Shown here: one piece after another, positions 13,455 through 23,059 of the stretch
Layout: the number at the start of each line of letters is the position of its first letter
Numbering within the stretch: position 1 is the stretch's first letter
NCBI GenBank assembly: GCA_950097015.1
Contig: CATNEN010000003.1
Coordinates: 12,524,001-12,588,000 of the forward strand
Direction: 5' to 3'
Length of the DNA stretch: 64,000 nt
DNA from: Macrostomum hystrix
Lineage: Eukaryota; Animalia; Platyhelminthes
Translations under genes and position numbers: made by a program
The notes under the pieces: generated by a model
The model's database searches: none
The model's input: the letters and a program-made list of their open reading frames with translations, nothing else
What the model was told of the DNA's origin: nothing

Positions 13455-13825
13455 GCTTCTCGCCCTCTCCTTCTATTCCTCACTCTCCTCTCACTGTCCT
13501 TCTATCCGTTTCACTCTACTTCTCTCCCTCTCTTTCTATTCCTCACTCTCCTTCTCTCACTTTCCTTCTATCCCTCTCACTCTACTTCTCACCCTCTCCT
13601 TCTATTCCTCACTCTCCTTCTCTCACTTTCCTTCTGTCCCTCTCACTCTACTTCTCTCCCTCTCCTTCTATTCCTCACTCTACTTCTCACCATCTCCTTC
13701 TATCCCTCTCACTCTACTTCTCTCCTTCTCCTTCTATCCCTCACTCTACTTCTCTCCCTCTCCTTCTATTCCTCACTCTACTTCTCACCCTCTCCTTGTA
13801 TCCCTCTCACACTACTTCTCTCCCC
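13455..13825. repeat. Pyrimidine-rich degenerate repeat (CTCACTCTACTTCTCTCCCTCTCCTTCTATTC-like)
   Basis: Recurrent CTCACTCT(A/C)CTTCTC units. Confidence 0.8.
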
Positions 13826-14633
13826 TGATCTGTTTTGTCACTCTCTCCATATTAGAAATGATTATATCTATCCCAAGAAAAAAATACTAAAATTTAAAAA
13901 AAAATAAAAAAAAAATAGACAATCTTGTTTTTTTTTAAACTTGATTTTTTAACGCATATAAAACAGAAATAAACCATACAGTATTGCATATGTACAAATA
14001 AAATGTTTACAAAGTTTTAGGATTAAAAAAATCTAAAGTTTCTTTTTTTTAACAAATTTAGTCATCAAAGAAAAGTAACAAAATACATACAGACTCGATG
14101 AGAACAGAAGCATATCTATAGAAAAAAAGAATGTTAAAATAAACAAAAATTTTCATATATTTTTACACATTTTCTGTTTTGCATTTTTAAGCGATAAAAC
14201 TAAATTAACGAATAGCCTACCAATAAAGAAGACTGGAGTAAGAAATTTTTAATTGAATAAATTTGCGATAAAAAAGAATAACTAAATCACAATAAAAAGA
14301 CTCTATTCCAATAAATAGGAGGTATTTTAACATTTAAAGATAACATACCTACAAATATTACATTTGTTTACATTTCAAAGCATCAAAATCCAATTCAATT
14401 ATTCAATGAATCAATTTTATTTTGCTAAGCGTGTTTTTCGCTTAAATTTATTCCGTTTAGGAATTTTAGATTGTCGCTACTATTTGCTACATTGACTGTA
14501 AAAATAATTCTTTGTTAAGATTTGAGAATTTATTTTGCGATTTTTTCGTTCGGTTTTTTAATGAAAAAATCGTATAGTTTATTTCTTACTTTAAAAGACA
14601 CATGGATCAGCAGTTTGTTAAACTGTTAGCAGT

Positions 14634-16112
14634 CTAAGCCCTCAAAAACGATGTTAAGCTCACAATAGCTAGGCCAGCGCCGGCATATGTAATCAGTCTG
14701 GATAGGACTCCGCTATCGTTGCCATGGTTGTCAGGGGCAACGACTGGGGCGGCGGCGGCGGCCGCACCGGTGCCGACTAGATTGAATTCGCCGTCTTTGT
14801 AGAAGCGAATAAGGCCCATCTGGGTGGGAGAATTAGGAGGTTTAGAATACCAGATCCATACACCTGTGATGAACGACACGAGAATTAGCAAACTGTGGAA
14901 AGAGAAGGAATGAAAGAGGGTAGAAGGCTGGGGGCAGAGATGGGTAGAAGGCTGGGGGCAGAGATGGGTAGAAGGCTGGGGGCAGAGATGGGTAGAAGGC
15001 TGGGGGCAGAGATGGGTAGAAGGCTGGGGGCAGAGATGGGTAGAAGGCTGGGGGCAGAGATGGGTAGAAGGCTGGGGGCAGAGATGGGTAGAAGGCTGGG
15101 GGCAGAGATGGGTAGAAGGCTGGGGGCAGAGATGGGTAGAAGGCTGGGGGCAGAGATGGGTAGAAGGCTGGGGGCAGAGATGGGTAGAAGGCTGGGGGCA
15201 GAGATGGGTAGAAGGCTGGGGGCAGAGAGGGGTAGAAGGCTGGGGGCAGAGATGGGTAGAAGGCTAGGAGAGAGAGAGAGGGGTAGAAGGCTGGGGGCAG
15301 AGATAAGTAGAAGGCTGGGGGCAGAGAGGGGTAGAAGGCTGGGGGCAGAGGGGTAGAAGGCTGGGGGGCAGAGGGTAGAAGGCTGGGGGCAGAGGTGTAG
15401 TAGGCTGGGGGCAAGAAGGGTTAAATTCTTGAAGGAGTGAAAGGTAGACGGCTGGCGAGAGACACTGGGGGAAGGTTAGAAGAAAGGTAAGAGTAAGGGG
15501 TACAAGGCTGGGAGAGACTGGGTAGAAGGCCGGGGACTGGCGAGAGAGAGGGGCTGGAAGGTTGGGGGAGAGAAATGGGGGTAGAAGGCTAGGCGGAGTG
15601 AAAGTTAGAAGGCTGGGAAGCTAGAAGGGTAAAGACAGGGGAGAGAGACTGGAGTAGAGGTAGAAGACAAGAGGAGAAAGGGGTAGTAGGCTTTTAAGAG
15701 ACAGAGGAAACGAGTGAAAGGCATGACCGAATAGTCGGAGCAAACACGACTCACCCAGTCGCCATTTCGCTTAATCCAGGCCAGGACATTGTGCCCAACA
15801 ACATAATCGGCTGACCAGCGGCACACATCGTCTGGTGTGACACTGGCAACACCCTGGCACTGGCACTGCCGAAGAAACATAGACGCAAACACAAAGATGG
15901 TCACAATGCGACCCCAATTGCAGTCGTCGATGAAGACATTGTCTAGCACCTGTTGAAAGCTTTCATTTGGGTTAGAGGCGTCGATAATCCAGTTGGATCG
16001 CAGATTCTCCAATTGGGATTTGTATCGCCGCTCGTAGTCGTTAGTTAGGCCAAGCACAGCCGATGACAATTCTTCAATTAGTGGGCCATAGCGTTTTCCA
16101 TTGATTTGCCTT

Positions 16113-16144
<32 letters not shown>

Positions 16145-16258
16145 AGTGAGTTTCCTATCAGCTAAGTAGACTTTCACTAGGTCTGCCATAATGTTGTAAT
16201 CGTTATTAGTATTATTGTTGCTGACTCCATTATTACCGTTTGAGGATGTTAAAGCCAT
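14634..16258 (-). CDS. Bcl-2 family apoptosis regulator (Mcl-1/Bcl-2-like), about 229 aa, 2 coding exons
   Basis: Exon 1 16258-15755: BH1 VFIDDCNWGRIVTIFVFA, BH2 start WIKRNGDW|GTGAGT. Exon 2 14819-14634 after CCCACCCAG| gives MGLIRFY (completes BH2) and C-terminal anchor LITYAGAGLAIVSLTSFLRA. The intron interrupts BH2 after the Trp, as in vertebrate BCL2/BCL-XL/MCL1. Confidence 0.9.
14915..15420. repeat. 24-bp G-rich minisatellite (GGGTAGAAGGCTGGGGGCAGAGAT) in the Bcl-2-like intron, decaying to about 15700
   Basis: About 13 perfect plus several degenerate units. Confidence 0.95.
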
Positions 16259-16786
16259 AGACAGTGGTCTGCTAGTTGGACTGCAAACGGTAAATACAGG
16301 GAGACATTGGGGTATTATTTTAGAGTGTGCCTGTGTTCAAACAGAATTACATTACGTGATTAGGATTCTATTCTAGTTATTTGACTCACAGTTAAGATAA
16401 AAAATTATTAGCCAGATAACTAAGGTAGATTCAACTCACCCAGATTGGAAAAATGCAGAAGACAAAACAGTCATTTTTGGCGAGAAAGCACAGGTAAGAA
16501 GAGAATAAGATAGCAACAAAAAATCAACGAATAAGCAGAGATTTTTTAAAGAAACTTTGAGTTGCTTTAAAGCAGCCAAATTGGGGTGGGTAGACTTTAC
16601 TGCCAACCAATAGTAATTCACCTGTCTCTATCTTGCCTAACCTAGCCAGAGAAAAGTTTACTAGACATAAAAATGTAGAAAACCAGAATTTATACAAATA
16701 ACTCTACTACCAGTAGTTGATTTTGTTAGCTAAAATTTATACAAACTGTAGCTGAAAAAATACGAAATGAAAAATCTAAAGCAATC

Positions 16787-17400
16787 ATGGAAAATGGCTA
16801 CTTTGACCCTGCTACTTTCGGCGCCCGCACCTGCAGCCTCGGCGCCCCAGCTGACACCAGCGCCCGCTCCTTGGCATCATCGCTGCCTCGCCGCAAAGCA
16901 CCAGACAATGTTTGGGGCCTAGCTCAGCTGCTGGGGGACCAGACAGCACCAGTGCAGTTGCAGTCAACTGCTCGAACTCCATCTAGTTGAGCTGGGGTGG
17001 GTGCACCCAGCTAGCGGACTTGTCAAGCCAAAGGAGGGTTTGCAATGTGACGCCACCCACTTTTTTGCACCTCCCAATGCCATGTTCTCCGTGTGTTCTG
17101 AGGGAGGAGGCACTGGCTGCACATTCTGTACTGTTGGCTGCAACACTAACAATCCGTCCCTGGACTTTGCCTCTCGACTTACGGACTATCAAATATAATA
17201 AATTTACACCCAAAAATCTCATATTTATTCACTTCTCTACTCGCTATATTCGTTTAAAATAAACCTGAAGATGCACACTGCTGTGCGAAACGCGTCGTTA
17301 GATGTTGATTCTCGCCTTTCTATTTATCTTACTTGTCAAGCAAGCAACTTTACCTCAATTATCATTAATTCCAGCTCTGAGTTTACAACAGACTTGACTA
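16787..17400 (+). mobile_element. Probable Penelope-like element remnant (pseudo-LTR region) around the hammerhead
   Basis: GC-rich island in AT-rich DNA ending in the CCTGAAGATG...CGAAACGCGTCG motif; no RT or GIY-YIG ORF; boundaries approximate. Confidence 0.45.
17262..17299 (+). ncRNA. Minimal type I hammerhead ribozyme of the Penelope-like-element kind
   Basis: aac-CTGAAGA-t-GCACA ctgc TGTGC-GAAA-CGCG-TC-gtt: core boxes CUGANGA and GAAA, 5-bp stem II, palindromic mini stem III (ACGCGT), GUC cleavage triplet (C17296), 3-bp stem I. Confidence 0.75.
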
Positions 17401-18299
17401 ATGCTAATACCCTTTGAGCTGTATTAATTATTAGAAGTATGATAAAATACTTAATATTAACTAAAATAATATAATATGAAAAATACTTGACTAATTTGTG
17501 TGTCACATAAGTAATTTAGTAGCAGGGACATGCATCAAGCAGTTGTAGCACTGTCTAGTGAAATAATTGATTCCAGCCTTTAGCCTAGACCAGAATTCAA
17601 TTTATTTATCAAGAAAAGTTTTTAATAAAATGTATCAATTTTAGAATATAATATTACACATCAGCAATAAAAAGAAGCTTCGTTCCTGAACTTTTTACTG
17701 AAGAAGAAACTTATCCTGGTTAAAAACTAAAACTCTAAAATAAGGAAAACAAAACAAAAATAAATATTTTATATACAGCAGCTTTGACTACTTTTAGTAA
17801 GCAAATAAACCTTCTTTCAGCTCTCAGTTAAGAAAATAATTTTTTTGCAACTCGCTTTTATTTTCCATTGTATTGTTTCATTATTATTGTTCCTGTGTGA
17901 ATGCTTTCTATTGTTCTTTCAATAGTTCCATATATTGACTTGTTGTTATGCCAGAACAATGTTTTGGTTTTCAATCTTTGTACATTTGCAAATTCATTAA
18001 AAAAAGATAAAATTAAACTGTTCAATTAAAAATAATTAATCTGAAAAGTACTTTAAAGGTATAGCAAAGCATGACCTGAGATGGGGTTGACTATGGTGAA
18101 ATTTAAGTTGTCTTAAAGAGGTGGGTGATAACAATTATATTCTATATTTGTCATTGAGATTTATTAATACATGAAACATGGTAATATTACTTCCATAAAT
18201 TATTAATGATGTCAAACAGCATTACATTAGATTGGAAATACATGTTTGCTTGCAAGTTACACATAGGCCCTAATAAACCCAAATCAGCAATGCTAATAC

Positions 18300-19454
18300 C
18301 TATTATATACTCTAAATATACTAATTTTCACGTGTTGTTTGTCTGTGTGTGTCTGTGTGTCAGTTCGACATCTCCTCCTAGAATACTGGCAACTCAGCGT
18401 TGAAACTTATATGGGAAAATGGGAAATTTTCCGAGGAAGGCTATAGGCTATTTTAATTCTGAAATTTCAAATTCTATGATCCTCAAAAAAGCAGAAAGGC
18501 TATTAAGTAGTATATAGTAGGCAAATGTCCTTCCCGCTTAGACGAAATTGGCTTTGGTTAAATGAGTTGCGTCAACATTTTGTGCCTATCTGTTCAGTGT
18601 ATTTTCTCTCCAGTGGAGGGTTGGTAGTCGGTTTGAAAATGGGGCGGAGAGGAGGCCGTACGCACATTCTAACTGTCCCTGTGTATTGGCGGAGAGAGGG
18701 TGCTGCGAGTTATTTCTATTGAGGGGTCTGATTTGTTCAATATTGAAGTGCATACAATGGGCAGGGCAGAGTTGGCTGAGTTAAAATTCAATTTATAAAA
18801 TTAGTGGGCCTCTCAGTGTAGGCGGAGAAGAATGTGCTTACTAAACTGGCTGCCTTTTGCAGAAATTTCAACTGAGAATTATTATTTTGCTTTTTTAAGA
18901 TTTGTGGATAAAATTTGTACTGCTGGAGAGAACTTCAAGTTCTAAATCCAGAGATATAAATTTCATTGCTGAATTCCGAAAATTGGGGATGCCAAGGGCA
19001 AATAAAGTTTTTATACTTTTGCAATGCTTTCAGCTGAGTGTACAGTGTCTTGGCGAGATGGCTAAGGAGAGAGAGGACCGCACATCAGTTTATTGCACAT
19101 TCTGACTGAGGTAGTTTTGGGCGGAGGAGGTGGGCTGGCGGTCGACTGAGAGGGAGTCTGATTTATTTAATAAAAAATGGGCGCACACTGACTGGGGCAG
19201 TGAGGAGGCGGGCTGCTCAAACATTTTAGTATTTTTAATTATCGAAAATCGCACCTCTGCCTTGGCGGAGAGAGGAATGTGCTTACAAACAGAGCTGGTC
19301 CGGGGCTACCTTACTGCCCTCAAATGGACTACTCTGAGTTCACCTGATTCAAAGTTCACGGAGTTCTCTTTGCATAGTTAGAATTTGACGGATGGAATTC
19401 AGGCGATGGGAGTTCTTTCCCCTCAACCTCCTCCGGAGGAGGAGTTTAGCTCGT
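18300..19454 (+). mobile_element. Non-autonomous Helitron-like element
   Basis: 5' TCTAAATATACTAATTTTCACGTG followed by a GTCTGTGT microsatellite; 3' perfect 16-bp palindrome CCTCCTCCGGAGGAGG (19427-19442) then AGCTCG|T; no TIR or TSD; internal GGCGGAGA repeats. Confidence 0.6.
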
Positions 19455-20053
19455 ATATACCCAAATTTTGGCTTTGCAAATGTATTATATTATATATACA
19501 CAAAAAAGTATTTTTCTGCATAGATAAGTGAATTTTTAACTAAAATCTATGCCGTAAATTTCCTAAGTAGTGAAAAATGCACTATGGTAACAATGGTCCT
19601 TGTACATTTAGAACTTCAGCGAAGTTCAGGGGAAAATGAAAAAAATGGTTGATAAAAGAGACTTTTAAACCTTAGTCCTAAAATACTTTTTTATTAATTT
19701 TCCAATTGCCTCAAATCATAATTTAACAACAAAATATTTAACAACAGATATGGTTGTTGAGTGTAATATCTGTTGTAGGTTAACTATAAAAAGATTTATT
19801 ATTACCAAAAATGTTTTGTTGTTTGTACATATATGCTCCATGATTTAAAAAATTAAATCAAAAGTTATGCTTTTACCCAAATTTTATGAAAAATGGTACT
19901 AGATAAAACATGCTTCTTGCCTTGGGTATAGTCTCTTTATGTCCAAGAAAAAAATATTTAAAAGTTACTTTATAAATAGGCCTAATGTTTTGTAAATTAC
20001 AAAAAAACTATGAAAAAAAGAATAATCTTAGTATTCATTATAGAATAAAAGTT

Positions 20054-20819
20054 GGCTATCCTGCATTTTCGTTCATTAAATTATTTTTTTATTTTTTTCA
20101 GCCACACTGCACATCCACATGGCGGGTCGTCCAGCTGCTCCCACTACTATCATCCCACCAGCTGAGATAAGACCTACTGCGGAACTATGCGACCTGCCAC
20201 TCATAAGGATGCGGGACTTGGCTCTTTTGACCACTGACACACTGTCTCTGATGTGCTGGCTGGCCAAATACCGGCTGCTGTCAAACGAGCGTCGGTGCCA
20301 TTGCCCTGCTGCACCTCAAATGCGCCTTCAGCGTCGTCAGGGTGACCGGTGTGTGGATGGCTGGGCTTGGGCTTGCAAGTAGTGTCACGGCCAGGAGTCC
20401 ATAAGGAAGGGCTCCTTTTTCGAGAGAAGCCACCTAGCGCTTAACCAACTGGTGGACTTTGTGTTCTGGTGGGCACTGAAGACACCACTGAAGGACATCA
20501 TGCTGCAGTGTGACATCCAGCAGCCGCATACCAGTGTCGACTGGGCCAACTTCTGCCGCGATGTGTGTAGAGGCGCCGGCTCTACCCAAATGAGCATCAT
20601 TTCGGCAACTTTCTGTACTGGGTGACCCATTACTAGGCCTACCCACTGTAATCCAGAGACTAACATTTAAACTGACTTGACTATAACAAACTTTCTTAAA
20701 CTTTTCGGGTGTTCTGTATGTCCCATAATATTTTTTATTGCCTGTGTTGAACTTGTGAGATCATGTAAAATTAATTCCGCGAGAAAAAAAAATTTAATGA
20801 ACGAAAATTCAGGATAGCC
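20054..20819 (+). mobile_element. Merlin (IS1016/ISXO2-like) DNA transposon, internally deleted
   Basis: TIRs GGCTATCCTG(C/A)ATTTTCGTTCATTAAATT at both ends; perfect 8-bp TSD TAAAAGTT (20046-20053, 20820-20827); frame from 20119 reads ...CHC...DGWAWACK*CHGQESIRKGSFFERSHL...VDWANFCRDVC, the Zn-ribbon/HTH part of Merlin transposase, with an in-frame stop and no DDE domain. Confidence 0.92.
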
Positions 20820-21741
20820 TAAAAGTTATATTGATAATTTGAACCAGAAAACTTGGTGAAATGTGCAGTCCTCTTGAGTTTGGGATTATTAGGCATACTA
20901 ATACTCAAATGACTGATAGGTCCCACTTCAAAAGTGATATATGCTAACGAAAGTTATGGTCTAAAGGAGCAAGTCGAAAGTAAAAAAATAATAAATAATA
21001 AATAACATCTCATTTAGGACAGAATTAAAAAATGTTAATTGCATGGTGTAAGAGTAGATAGGTGTGCAGTCGTTTTGTCAAACACCAGGTAGTCTGCTTA
21101 AATACTGCGGCTGAGCCTCGAACGTTCATCATGTGGCTTACGGGAATGTTAGGCTAATAAACAATGTATGGTTATTGGTTCGTTCGTCAAAATATACTGC
21201 TTAAATCTATTTTTCAAAGCAGCGCGCTTTCCATGAAGGTGATTATGATGACGTAAAAAGCGATGTGAAAAATATGAAAAAAGTAAACTCTATTTCTGAT
21301 TCAGCGTTGAAAAAATGGAAGAATAAAAAATTCAAATTTGTAAAACATTAGTAAAAAACACAAAAGTTTTGTTACTTCACAAATTTAAAAGTCATACGAA
21401 GCAAATTTCATGTCATCACATGCAATACAAGCCAATAATTTCCACAAAGCTTTAAAGAACATACTTATTTAGGTGATTTGAGTAGCATTGTGACTTTCCG
21501 TTGTTAATTTTTTTGGTTATATATTGTGCGCTCATTGGCAAAATTCAAGTATAATTAATTTTTTGGTCTTTCCTGGCATGGTACGGATGGCTTTGTTGCG
21601 TGTGCCGGAGTACACTGCACATTGCGCCCTTAACGTTTAAATCCCTTAAGCTGACAGCATACTGCCCTTGAATTTTGCATTTCCACGCGTTTAAGCACTG
21701 TCGTTTTCATTTATTTTTCTTCTTAATTACACCTTAACAGA

Positions 21742-21852
21742 TGTTGCGCCAACTTATCAATAATTCGGTTGATTTATGTAGCTGTGTCAATTGTGCTTGC
21801 TGAGAATTATTGATCGTGAGTTTATTAATACGGCGCAAAAGTTGGCGCAACA
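21742..21852. repeat. 14-bp perfect inverted repeat pair, possible small MITE
   Basis: TGTTGCGCCAACTT (21742) ... AAGTTGGCGCAACA (ends 21852); no clear TSD. Confidence 0.5.
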
Positions 21853-23059
21853 GCCCTTGCCTTTAATTTTGAAAAACAAAAAATACGAACAAGTGGCACA
21901 AATGATTGAGCTGATATGCGGCTGTCGAAATGGGAGAAATGTGGTGTTTATTGTTAATTAAATTTGCGGTGTATATTGCGTACAAGCAAATTGTTCTTGA
22001 AAATGTTTTCATAGCTTGTAGGCTTAGAAATACTTTTAGCTCATATTGTTTTTTTAAACTAAATTGTAATAAAAAGTTCTTAAAAGAATATAACTTACGA
22101 ATACATTGTTTCTTGGTTCTAGTACAATTTAGAATGTTTTTCTTTTTTTGGTAATGCGCGGTAATTGCAATGCATATTACCAATGATCACAGATAGTATC
22201 CAATAGTATCTTGGCGCTTTAATATATTCTAGCTTTATGTGTATCCCCGTGCCCATAAATGAAAAACATATATTTGATAACTAATTACCACACTAAAGTA
22301 GACGATATGCATCTCCTGTCCTGTCCTATTTCACCGTGTAAAGGCATTACTAATCGCAGCAAGAGTTTTATGCACCTAACAATAACTAAATTAACGTTAC
22401 TTGTTTTTCTTAACGAAAACTAAATTTTGCGACTCTGCTTTGTATTGCAAATTTAAATCACTGCTGCACTACATAACATGTGAATGAAAGTGATAAATCT
22501 TTTTTTATCTGATTGGTCTTGTGTCTGGATCTCATTATATCTGAAGTGTAGTATTTGTGCTTGTTGATTGCATTACGCAAATTTAGGCAATACTTTTTTT
22601 TTAGCTAATTGTATTGCCTGTGTTTGAATGTATTTTTACGAAATATATATTTTCTGATCTCTTTAACTCTTGCTTGTGCGTTTATTTTATAAGAGACTAT
22701 GCATTATGGTCCAATGGTGTAGAAAAAATTGACAAATTTTAAATCACATTAAAATTGTTATATAAAATAATAAAAATAATTAAACATTGCTGAGTGGTTT
22801 AACTAAAAAGTTAATTGTGCCAATGTTCACTGTGCTAAAGTGTCAAGCAAATGTTTAAATTTATGTATATATAGTCATATACACTTGAACTCTTACTCTT
22901 GAGACAGGCATTACAGTATTAATGCTCATAGGCCTATGTATATAATAAAGAAATAAATGTAACTAATGTTTACTGTATTTTTTAAAGTTATTATAATGAA
23001 TTATTTTTTGTTTTTCTTTCAGCTTTCTTCTACTTCAATTATTGAGGCCTCATAAGAAA

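Noticed and set aside
14820-14891. 5' extension MLILVSFITGVWIWY of ORF 14634..14891
   Set aside because: TTG start and out of phase with exon 1 at the 14893 acceptor; BH2 continuity supports the 14819 start
875-15414. Repetitive ORFs at 875, 4078, 4184, 9497-10449, 11972-12697, 13383, 14842, 14895
   Set aside because: All lie within minisatellites
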